Assembly: GCA_002791595.1 (NCBI GenBank)
Contig: PFXJ01000102.1
Coordinates: 8,896-72,895, forward strand
Direction: 5' to 3'
DNA from: a candidate division Zixibacteria bacterium CG_4_9_14_3_um_filter_46_8
Lineage (GTDB): Bacteria > Zixibacteria > MSB-5A5 > UM-FILTER-46-8
Length of the DNA: 64,000 nt
Below, in pieces: positions 19,120 to 26,966 of the stretch (position 1 is its first letter; each line of letters begins with the position of its first letter). Both the position numbers and the translations under genes were made by a program. Under the pieces are notes generated by a model that had not been told where the DNA came from, did no database searches, and saw nothing but the letters and a program-made list of their open reading frames with translations.

Positions 19120-19767
19120 ATGGCGTCGAAGAGAAGGCATTTGATCCTATCGATATTGATGATAATTTTGTCGTCTGGATGTATCCAGGCCGCTGATCAA
19201 TCTATCGCGGCGTTTTTCTCTTATAGTGAAGTCGGTAAGCGAATCACCCCCATTTCGAACAAGATTTTGCTCGAAAAACTCCAATACGAATCAGGGTTGT
19301 TTTGGATAGCGCCTGAATCCGAAATTGATGCCGTCAATTCCGGCGGGATATTTCTAAAGCCAGGTCCGGAGAAGGCGGAGGATTTTATCATCGAAAAAAT
19401 AAGAAACAAACATTGCTCGCATGTTGTAAAATATCATATAGCTAATGCCGAAATTAATCTAAAGAGAAATGTCTCCGTGCCTTACGTTCTCAATCGCTTT
19501 TCACGCTTTTTTTCGGTTGAAATTTGTTATGATATGATCGATATTTCCTCTATGAAGAGCATTTCGAAAGGCTCATTCGATTTTGCGGTGGAGATCGATA
19601 ACAATGCTCAGTTTTTTGAATATGACCCCTGGAGAGCCGATCGTCAGATCGATGCTATTACCGAGGACAAAATTATAAATAGGGCGGCCTTAAAAGCCGC
19701 TGAACTTATCCTGGAACATCTTCAATCGATGAAGGAGGAAGCGAATCTCGAAGTAAGTATTAAATAG
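19120..19767 (+). CDS. Putative lipoprotein of unknown function
   Basis: Signal peptide with lipobox LSSGC; no recognisable domain; 5 bp after the PilZ gene. Confidence 0.4.
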   Translation: MASKRRHLILSILMIILSSGCIQAADQSIAAFFSYSEVGKRITPISNKILLEKLQYESGLFWIAPESEIDAVNSGGIFLKPGPEKAEDFIIEKIRNKHCSHVVKYHIANAEINLKRNVSVPYVLNRFSRFFSVEICYDMIDISSMKSISKGSFDFAVEIDNNAQFFEYDPWRADRQIDAITEDKIINRAALKAAELILEHLQSMKEEANLEVSIK

Positions 19768-19807
19768 ATAGAAAGTAGTTCCTATAGGGTATAACTACAA
19801 ACCAAGG

Positions 19808-20623
19808 ATGGGCTTTATGCCAAAGGAAAAACACGATTGCTATTCGGCAGAACGTGTAGTACGGCAGTTCAATACCCTGCATCGCATAAGCGCGATCATT
19901 CAGAAGGAACTGAGGGGAAAGGAGTCGTTTAATGACATTCTCGAGGAAGTTAATGAGGCTGTCGATTTCTCATCTGCCTGCATTTTCATTCTTAACAGAG
20001 ACGGGGAACGTCTTGAGGAGATTGCCAAAACTGGTAAGAAGGGTGATTTGATTTCATTTGTGAAATTTGAGCTCGGCTCGGGATTTTCCTCGTGGGTCGC
20101 CAAATACCGCAGGCCGATTCTTATGCCAAACATCAAACGCTATCGGGAATCATTGGACGACCACATTCGTTCATTCATCTCGGTTCCAATCTTAGCTGAT
20201 GGCGAGTTGATCGGCGTATTTAATGTTGGCAACGAAAGAGCAGGATCGTATGATGAGAATGACCTCAGTTTGATTCAGATCATTGCCAGTCAGATTTCGT
20301 CACTTATTGAGCGAATGCGCACAAAGTGCGATTCAAGCCAAAGGCACAATAATACTGAGAAGGTGGAATCGGCCACAGTCAATCCGCTTGCAATGCTCAA
20401 AAAAACAGCCGGCAGGAAAATGGAGACAGTGGAAGATGTTATCAACAGGGTTCAGAAGGGGATATCGAAGCCGATCGCCGCGATGGCCAATAATGCCAAA
20501 TTCCTCCGACTAACTTTGAAGGGATCTGACCGAAAACTCGAAAGGAACCTCAGCGAATTGGAAGAAAATATCAACAAAATCAATGATTTCTCATTACAAC
20601 TGGGCTATCGGGACGGACAATAA
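19808..20623 (+). CDS. GAF-domain protein with a C-terminal helical region resembling a His-less DHp
   Basis: GAF core (FILNRDGERLEEIAKTGKKGDL...ISVPILADGELIGVFNVGNERAGSYDENDLSLIQIIASQISSLIER); C-terminal ATVNPLAML resembles an H-box without His. Confidence 0.55.
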   Translation: MGFMPKEKHDCYSAERVVRQFNTLHRISAIIQKELRGKESFNDILEEVNEAVDFSSACIFILNRDGERLEEIAKTGKKGDLISFVKFELGSGFSSWVAKYRRPILMPNIKRYRESLDDHIRSFISVPILADGELIGVFNVGNERAGSYDENDLSLIQIIASQISSLIERMRTKCDSSQRHNNTEKVESATVNPLAMLKKTAGRKMETVEDVINRVQKGISKPIAAMANNAKFLRLTLKGSDRKLERNLSELEENINKINDFSLQLGYRDGQ

Positions 20624-22370
20624 TATGCTGGCGGATTATAGCTCCATATCTGATATCGAAAAACATGCTTTCGCCGATAAGACCCTTACCTGTTATCGAA
20701 ACCCGATATTTATATCAGGGTCGGGCGGCAAATTGCTATGGCATAATGTGGAATTCCAGGAATTCGCCTCTAAATATATGTCGGGAAAATCCGTCCAACA
20801 GGTGGCAGACATCATAATCAATAGAAAGGGCATTGCTGAACAGAATGACCGAGCCACAGGATTCTCGCTTGCCAGCAAGGCGGCAGAGAATTCCCCCCCT
20901 ACCGATTTCTGGGTCAACCTCTCTCGCCTGATGGCTGGTGAGGGCGCTGAATTAAACGTTTGCCAGATTTCCAAAACGCCCAGCGCTTCCCGGGTTAACG
21001 CAGATAGAAATTACAGCTTAGCCGCGGTCATCAATCAAATCGGTAGAAAACTGGATATGTCCTATCGTCTCGATGAGACGCTTAAAATAATCCTTATAGG
21101 GGCAACTGCGGGTGAAGGCCTGGGCTTTAATAGAGCTTTTCTCTTACTTTATGATTCAGATAGTGGACTGTATAAGGGTGAGATTGCTATCGGGCCTTCT
21201 GATGGCCATGAAGCTGGAGCGATTTGGTCAGAACTAGTCGGAGCTCATAAGACCCTTGACGAGTTGATCGATAATTATAATCACGCCGCCGGAAAGTATG
21301 ATGTCAAAGTTAATAACATCGCGCGCAGGATCAATCTGCCTGCAAGTGACCTGTGTCCGGCGTTGAATGAAGTATTTCTTACTCATAAGCCCCGACTTGT
21401 CACGAAAGGCAGTTGCCAGTCATCAGGAAAAATTGGCTGTGAACTTTTCGGCATTCTTGGTGTAGATTCCTTTGCGGCGGCGCCATTGACTGTTGAGGGG
21501 AGCATTGTAGGATTGCTCCTCGCCGATAATCTGATCACGGGCAGGAATATCTCAGAATCGGATCTGGAAATTTTGGGGATTTTTGCCAATCATGCTGGCA
21601 CCGCTGTGCAACGATCACGCATGTACGAAAGGCTTCAAAATAAAATTGAGCTACTAGCCCAAGCGAACGAGAGATTAAAAGAAAGCCAGAAAAGGTTAAT
21701 TGAAAGCGAGAAGCTTACTGCCATTGGCAAAATGGCTTCCGACGTTGCCCACGAAATTCGAAATCCTCTTTCAGTCGCAGGCGGGTATGCCAGGAATGTT
21801 AGAAAGAAGGCGGGGGAGAAGCATGAATATTCTGAAGCTCTTGATATCATAATCAAGGAAGTGGACCGGATAGAGGAAGTGCTGGATAACTTTGCCACAG
21901 TATCTAAAGCCGCTCCCGAGGAGAGGGTGGTTTTCAATTTTTCCCAACTTGTGTCCGATGTCCTACAAATGGTCAATAGTAACGTGGTCGCTTCTGAACC
22001 AATTATTGATATTATAGAAATCGAAAACAACATCATGGTTTGCGGGAGCGAGAAGCAATTGAGGAACGCCATCCTGGCATTTTCGAAGCAATTCATTAAT
22101 GTAGGTGGCACCTCTATTCCGGTCGGAGCAATATTGAAACCTGTTGGCGACCAGGCATCTCTATCGTTCCTATGCAAACCAGATGATGCTGGAAAATCCA
22201 GAATCCGCCGGGTTCTCTCCAATATCCTAGTGAGCAGTCCTCTGAAGCGCGAAACTGATTTGGTTATAGCCAGCGAAATTATCAATCAGCATTCAGGATC
22301 GATAAGTATAGAGCACGGAAAAGATCGACCCCTATCAATAGTAATAAATTTACCAATTCACAAGGAGTGA
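20583..22370 (+). CDS. GAF sensor protein with an intact HisKA/DHp (conserved His) and a degenerate HATPase_c domain (ChpT-like pseudo-kinase or phosphotransferase candidate)
   Basis: GAF region (LDETLKIILIGATAGEGLGFNRAFLLLYD...GSIVGLLLADNLI); H-box KMASDVAHEIRNPLSVAGGYARNV; C-terminal domain aligns to HATPase_c but the N-box Asn, G1 (DxGxG) and G2 (GxGLG) are replaced (LRNAILAF, PDDAGKS, ETDLVIAS). Confidence 0.6.
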   Translation: MISHYNWAIGTDNNMLADYSSISDIEKHAFADKTLTCYRNPIFISGSGGKLLWHNVEFQEFASKYMSGKSVQQVADIIINRKGIAEQNDRATGFSLASKAAENSPPTDFWVNLSRLMAGEGAELNVCQISKTPSASRVNADRNYSLAAVINQIGRKLDMSYRLDETLKIILIGATAGEGLGFNRAFLLLYDSDSGLYKGEIAIGPSDGHEAGAIWSELVGAHKTLDELIDNYNHAAGKYDVKVNNIARRINLPASDLCPALNEVFLTHKPRLVTKGSCQSSGKIGCELFGILGVDSFAAAPLTVEGSIVGLLLADNLITGRNISESDLEILGIFANHAGTAVQRSRMYERLQNKIELLAQANERLKESQKRLIESEKLTAIGKMASDVAHEIRNPLSVAGGYARNVRKKAGEKHEYSEALDIIIKEVDRIEEVLDNFATVSKAAPEERVVFNFSQLVSDVLQMVNSNVVASEPIIDIIEIENNIMVCGSEKQLRNAILAFSKQFINVGGTSIPVGAILKPVGDQASLSFLCKPDDAGKSRIRRVLSNILVSSPLKRETDLVIASEIINQHSGSISIEHGKDRPLSIVINLPIHKE

Positions 22371-22374
22371 TGAG

Positions 22375-22728
22375 ATGCAGAATATTTTAGTTGTTGATGA
22401 TGAAATCGAGCTCAGCAAATTATATCAGCAAGAGCTTAGGGACGAGGGCTTTAATGTCATGGTTGCTAATGATGGATTCGAAGCAATCAATCTGGCGCAA
22501 AAAAATACGATTGACCTGGTAGTGTTGGATATTAAGATGGCAGGCATGGACGGCTTGGAAGTACTAAACGAATTCCGTATGAAAAACGCCGATATTCCAG
22601 TAATTTTAAATTCAGCGTATTCCACTTACAAAGATGATTTCTCAACCTGGTTGGCAGATGCTTACGTCGTGAAATCGAGCAATCTGGATGAGTTGAAAAA
22701 CAAGATACGCGAGCTGTTGAAAATCTGA
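22375..22728 (+). CDS. Single-domain response regulator (CheY-like receiver)
   Basis: LVVDDE...VVLDIKMAGMDGLEVL...PVILNSA...AYVVKS: acidic pocket, phospho-acceptor Asp, conserved Ser/Thr and Lys all present; 117 aa with no output domain. Confidence 0.85.
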   Translation: MQNILVVDDEIELSKLYQQELRDEGFNVMVANDGFEAINLAQKNTIDLVVLDIKMAGMDGLEVLNEFRMKNADIPVILNSAYSTYKDDFSTWLADAYVVKSSNLDELKNKIRELLKI

Positions 22729-22740
22729 CTGGAGGTTATT

Positions 22741-23136
22741 TTGGCTGATAAAGCCGAGACTGCCGAATTACAGGAGCAAAAATTCAAGCTTGTTATTGAA
22801 TACCTCCGAGAGATTATGCAGCAAGCCCAATTTGTGGCTGTAAACATTGCCATCGCCGCAGATGTGGCGAGTAAAAGCTATGGTACAGAAAGTGAATTAG
22901 GCAAAGCCCTCCTCAATTTGGCTTCAGAATCGACCGCCGCCACTCAACGGGTCGAAGAGTTATCCAGGGTAGCAATCGAAGGATTGAACACTTTTGATTA
23001 CAATTCCTTGACCAAGAAAAAGGATATTGACCCTCAAACATTGGGACGGATAGAAGTCTCATTCGAGCAAATCTTGATTCAAAGCAAGAAAGTGATGGAA
23101 ATATTGAAACGTCTTAATCTTAAGCATTCTGAATAA
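22741..23136 (+). CDS. Hypothetical helical protein (131 aa) between the two receiver genes
   Basis: No His, no clear domain; weak resemblance of FVAVNIAIAADVA...GKALLNLASESTAATQRVEEL to an MCP signalling-domain segment (not reliable). Confidence 0.3.
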   Translation: MADKAETAELQEQKFKLVIEYLREIMQQAQFVAVNIAIAADVASKSYGTESELGKALLNLASESTAATQRVEELSRVAIEGLNTFDYNSLTKKKDIDPQTLGRIEVSFEQILIQSKKVMEILKRLNLKHSE

Positions 23137-23236
23137 TTTTCGACGACTCACATGTTAATTTATTACTGAGAAATGTCGATTATTCAGAATAAAGCAGAAT
23201 CTGCAATCACATAAATTCATCTAAGGGAACTACATA

Positions 23237-23668
23237 ATGAAGAATGACATCAGGATTTTGGTTGTAGATGATGAGCCGGTGATGTGTAACCTTCTGAGGA
23301 GAATTTTGGAGAAGGAAGGTTATGAGGTTACGCTCGCTGAGAATGGTCGGGAAGCGCTCGGCATTTTAAGAAAGTCTGATTTTGAGCTTGTCCTATCAGA
23401 TGTAAAAATGCCAGAAATGAATGGCTTTGAGTTGCTTAAGGCTGTAAAAACCGAAAAACCTCAAATCGGAATGATAATGATGACCGGTTTCGGTGATTCC
23501 TTCACCGTAAAAGATGCTCTGATGCTGGGCGCTGATGAATATATTACCAAACCATTCAAGGCTCATGAGATTTCTCTGGTGATAGAACGCACTACCTGGC
23601 GAAGGAATTGCACCTCCACTAATATCTCCGATGAAAGTGAAGGATCTCACAACCAAAACCTGACTTGA
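23237..23668 (+). CDS. Single-domain response regulator (CheY-like receiver)
   Basis: ILVVDDEPVMCNLL...LVLSDVKMPEMNGFELL...IMMTGFGD...EYITKPF: canonical REC motifs; 143 aa. Confidence 0.85.
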   Translation: MKNDIRILVVDDEPVMCNLLRRILEKEGYEVTLAENGREALGILRKSDFELVLSDVKMPEMNGFELLKAVKTEKPQIGMIMMTGFGDSFTVKDALMLGADEYITKPFKAHEISLVIERTTWRRNCTSTNISDESEGSHNQNLT

Positions 23669-23958
23669 GGACAACCCCAATTCAGCTCATCTTATACTTT
23701 ACTTGATATCGCATAAATAATTAATTCGCAATTAATTGGGCGTCTTGATCTTGGCCTCTAATTTTGTTCGCCGCAAGCAATTCTTAACTCACTCTGACCG
23801 GACATTTATGCTCATCCCCTTGAACTATTTTTCCACCATACCTCCAATTAAAAATAAGAATCGTCCTAACAGCTAACTCTAGGTAAATCCGTTATAATAA
23901 TACGCTATAACGCATTACGCCTTTGTATCTATCATTTTGAAGTCCCTAAGAGTTCAAA

Positions 23959-23974
23959 TGGTATATTTATTGCT
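23959..23974 (+). promoter_or_regulatory. Candidate sigma-54 (-24/-12) promoter upstream of flgF
   Basis: TGGTAT-ATTTA-TTGCT: GG and GC with exact consensus spacing (TGGCAC-N5-TTGCW); 48 bp upstream of the flgF start. Confidence 0.3.
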
Positions 23975-24021
23975 ACAGGTTTATGGTAGAGCATTTCATA
24001 TTCGCGCAAAGGAATTGATCA

Positions 24022-24753
24022 ATGATTAAAGGTATTTATGATTCAGCATCAGGAATGATGCCTCGTATGACTCAGCAAGATGCAGTAGCCAATAATATGG
24101 CCAATGCCAACACCATCGGATTCAAAAAGGACCGAATTTTCATTGAAGCCGTCGGTGACGCGATTGCTCGCCAAATCAAAACAGATTTTGATTGGCAAAA
24201 ACCATTAATAGACAAATCTTTTGTCGATTTTTCTCAAGCTGAAATTGATAAGACCGGGAATGAGTTGGATGTTGCCATCGAGGGAAATGGTTTCTTCGTG
24301 GTAGATACGGAAAATGGGAACCGATATACCAGGAACGGTCAATTTCATCTTGACGCGTCCGGGTTTCTTACGGACTCCAGAGGAGATAAGGTCCTGTCAG
24401 ATTCGGGGCCAATTGTGCTCGAAATTGAAAATCCTACTATCGATGAAGATGGGAACATCGAGGTCAATGGCGAGCAGGCGGCGCGGCTACGAATTGTGAA
24501 ATTCGCTGATCCACAAGCGCTTATCCGGACTGATGGTGTGGATTTTGCGGCTCCCGACAATGTTCAACCCGAGAATGCATCAGGGGTAAGGATACGTCAG
24601 GGTTATCTGGAGCGTTCCAATGTCTCCATCCTAAATCAGATGATAGATATGATAACTTCCTTCAGGAATTTCGAGGCCGGCCAAAAGGTGGTGCAGATCC
24701 TAGATGGCACGACCGACAAAAGCATTAATAATCTTGGAAGAATTCGCGCTTAG
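24022..24753 (+). CDS. flgF: Flagellar proximal rod protein FlgF
   Basis: Rod/hook family N-terminus MIKGIYDSASGMMPRMTQQDAVANNMANANTIGFKKDR and the C-terminal conserved segment; precedes flgG. Confidence 0.8.
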   Translation: MIKGIYDSASGMMPRMTQQDAVANNMANANTIGFKKDRIFIEAVGDAIARQIKTDFDWQKPLIDKSFVDFSQAEIDKTGNELDVAIEGNGFFVVDTENGNRYTRNGQFHLDASGFLTDSRGDKVLSDSGPIVLEIENPTIDEDGNIEVNGEQAARLRIVKFADPQALIRTDGVDFAAPDNVQPENASGVRIRQGYLERSNVSILNQMIDMITSFRNFEAGQKVVQILDGTTDKSINNLGRIRA

Positions 24754-24762
24754 GGAGATATA

Positions 24763-25551
24763 ATGATCAAAGCAATGAGAACCGCGGCGTCCGGGATGGA
24801 AGCCCAACAGATGAATGTTGACAATATTGCCAATAATCTCGCCAATGTGAATACCACCGGCTTCAAGAAAAGCAGAATCGAATTTCAGGACATACTATAC
24901 AATAAAATCCGAACCGCGGGGTCCTTAAGTGCGGCCAATTCAAAAATACCGGTCGATATGGAAATCGGCTATGGGGTGAGACCCGTGGCGACAACCAGGA
25001 ATTATGGCCAGGGAAACATGACTCCCACCGAGAATCCTCTTGACTTATGCATCGAAGGCAATGGCTTTCTCAGGATTTTGATGCCCGACGGGACATACGC
25101 ATACACGCGTGATGGAGCCCTCAAATTATCTGATGACGGCAGAGTAGTGACCTCTGATGGATATGTGCTGGATCCTGAAATCACAATCCCTGCGGAAGCA
25201 GATGCTATCAGCGTATCTATCGATGGAACTGTTTCCGCCTCCGTACCCGGAGAAATTGAACCACTGGAAATTGGCCAAATTGAGCTCACCAGGTTCATTA
25301 ATCCCCAGGGTTTGAATGCCGTTGGCCATAACTTGTACACTCAATCGCCAGCTTCTGGAAGCCCGGTTTCTGGAAATCCGACTGAAGGCGGGCTTGGAAG
25401 AATCGTACAGGGGTACCTGGAACTCTCCAATGTGGATATTGTAACTGAAATGGTAAATATGATTGTGGCCCAAAGGGCTTATGAAATCAATTCAAAAGCC
25501 ATTCAGACCTCAGAAGATATGGCTGGGATTGTTAATTCACTGCGAAGATAA
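24763..25551 (+). CDS. flgG: Flagellar distal rod protein FlgG
   Basis: MIKAMRTAASGMEAQQMNVDNIANNLANVNTTGFKKSRIEFQD...IVAQRAYEINSKAIQTSEDMAGIVNSLRR. Confidence 0.9.
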   Translation: MIKAMRTAASGMEAQQMNVDNIANNLANVNTTGFKKSRIEFQDILYNKIRTAGSLSAANSKIPVDMEIGYGVRPVATTRNYGQGNMTPTENPLDLCIEGNGFLRILMPDGTYAYTRDGALKLSDDGRVVTSDGYVLDPEITIPAEADAISVSIDGTVSASVPGEIEPLEIGQIELTRFINPQGLNAVGHNLYTQSPASGSPVSGNPTEGGLGRIVQGYLELSNVDIVTEMVNMIVAQRAYEINSKAIQTSEDMAGIVNSLRR

Positions 25552-25553
25552 TA

Positions 25554-26279
25554 ATGTCAAATCCTTCAAATAATAAACTTAACCTATTTATTGGACTGAT
25601 TTTCCTAAGCCTGTTCTTTTCGGGCGGGACCTCATACTCGTTGGAGCAATCCCATATTGATAAGGCCATTCATGAATACTTGGCCGAGAAAATCCCGGAT
25701 GCCATAAATGGACTTCAATTCTCGATAGGAAGCTATCCCCAAACCCTAATGTCATGCTCGGGAAGCCCGGACATATCTGTCGAGGGGACAATACCACCGG
25801 ATTTACCAAAGCGACTGCCCCTTAAGGTCTCCATTTCAGATCCGCGCGGAAAACGAATCTCAGCTTATGTGACTATAAGCCTTTCCCGATTTCGAAATGT
25901 AGTTTGCTCGAGCAGTTATACTCGACAGGGAGAAATATTGTCCGTTGATAATTGCATAGTGGCACCAGCCGATATTTTCGGTCACATCGGCAAGCCGGCG
26001 GTTGAAATGTCTCAATTGTCAGGTCGAAGGGCAAAAAAATGTTTCAATGCCGGCGAAGTGATAGATCTTGAAGATACAGAACCTATCCCAGCCGTCGTGC
26101 GCGGCGACAGAGTCAGGATAATCGCCAATGCCGGCAACCTCCGAGTTTCCACCGAAGGGATCGCCAAAGAGGATGGGTTCCCGGGCGAATTCATTCGCGT
26201 TAAGAATACTAATTCGGGCAAGGTCATAACCGGGAAACTGACAGAAAACAAGGAAGTAGAGGTTTCCTCAAGGCCGTAA
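25554..26279 (+). CDS. flgA: Flagellar P-ring assembly chaperone FlgA
   Basis: Signal peptide; C-terminal SAF/FlgA domain VRGDRVRIIANAGNLRVSTEGIAKEDGFPGEFIRVKNTNSGKVITGKL. Confidence 0.8.
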   Translation: MSNPSNNKLNLFIGLIFLSLFFSGGTSYSLEQSHIDKAIHEYLAEKIPDAINGLQFSIGSYPQTLMSCSGSPDISVEGTIPPDLPKRLPLKVSISDPRGKRISAYVTISLSRFRNVVCSSSYTRQGEILSVDNCIVAPADIFGHIGKPAVEMSQLSGRRAKKCFNAGEVIDLEDTEPIPAVVRGDRVRIIANAGNLRVSTEGIAKEDGFPGEFIRVKNTNSGKVITGKLTENKEVEVSSRP

Positions 26280-26294
26280 GGATAATTATATAAA

Positions 26295-26966
26295 ATGCGT
26301 TTGATGAAAATAAAATGCCAGCCGCTTCCATCGGCAGGTCAAATACAATTTGAGCATCCCCGAAACTCATTCGAGATTATATTTCGATTCCTGGTTGCGA
26401 TGGCCCTTATTATGGCAGTGAATGCATCTGGAAAAGCAGAAGGCATTAACTTTAGTCAAGCGGCCAATAATAGTCTCTTTTCAGATCATCAAGCACGTAG
26501 GATTGGGGATTTGCTCACGGTGATGGTGATGGAAAATGCGGAGGCGACACATTCTGCAAAAACCGTGACCAAGAAAAACCATAAAACTGAGGCAAGCGGG
26601 GGACCGGGGAGCGGCGCTCTTGGCCTTCTCCCTGAATTTGGATTCAAGGGTGAGGGGAAAAATGAATTTGATGGCCAGGGTTCAACGGTAAAATCCGGCT
26701 CGCTTAAGGCAACTATGACAGTCACGGTGGTTGGCTTAAAAGAAAATGGTAATCTTCTGATTGAAGGCAATCGCGTCATTGGAGTCAATGACGATAAGGA
26801 GACTTTGATATTGAAGGGGGAAATCCGCACACAGGATATTATGGAAAACAACACTGTTTATTCCTACAACATCGCGAATGCTGAAATATCATATAAGGGC
26901 AAAGGAGTTGCCAATACCGGCGCTAAACCCGGAATTATTGCGAGGTTCTTGAATTGGATTTTCTAA
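26295..26966 (+). CDS. flgH: Flagellar L-ring protein FlgH (no canonical lipobox Cys seen; start uncertain)
   Basis: FlgH family core: FSDHQARRIGDLLTVMVMENAEATHSA...LLIEGNRVIGVNDDKETLILKGEIRTQDI...NAEISYKGKGVANTGAKPGIIARFLNWIF. Confidence 0.85.
   Translation: MRLMKIKCQPLPSAGQIQFEHPRNSFEIIFRFLVAMALIMAVNASGKAEGINFSQAANNSLFSDHQARRIGDLLTVMVMENAEATHSAKTVTKKNHKTEASGGPGSGALGLLPEFGFKGEGKNEFDGQGSTVKSGSLKATMTVTVVGLKENGNLLIEGNRVIGVNDDKETLILKGEIRTQDIMENNTVYSYNIANAEISYKGKGVANTGAKPGIIARFLNWIF

Noticed and set aside
21524-21531. Third perfect GCCGATAA octamer
   Set aside because: It lies inside a coding sequence (it encodes LADNL), with no downstream start codon. An 8-mer is expected about once per strand in 64 kb by chance.
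21635-22285. 216-aa minus-strand ORF
   Set aside because: Fully antisense to the HisKA and CA-like region of the GAF kinase-like gene; low-complexity translation.
19808-22370. Possibility that the two overlapping GAF ORFs are one frameshifted gene (pseudogene)
   Set aside because: Each ORF starts with its own complete GAF module. Fusing them would give an implausible GAF-DHp-like-GAF-DHp-CA order. The 41-bp overlap in different frames is a common operon arrangement. It cannot be fully excluded without read data.
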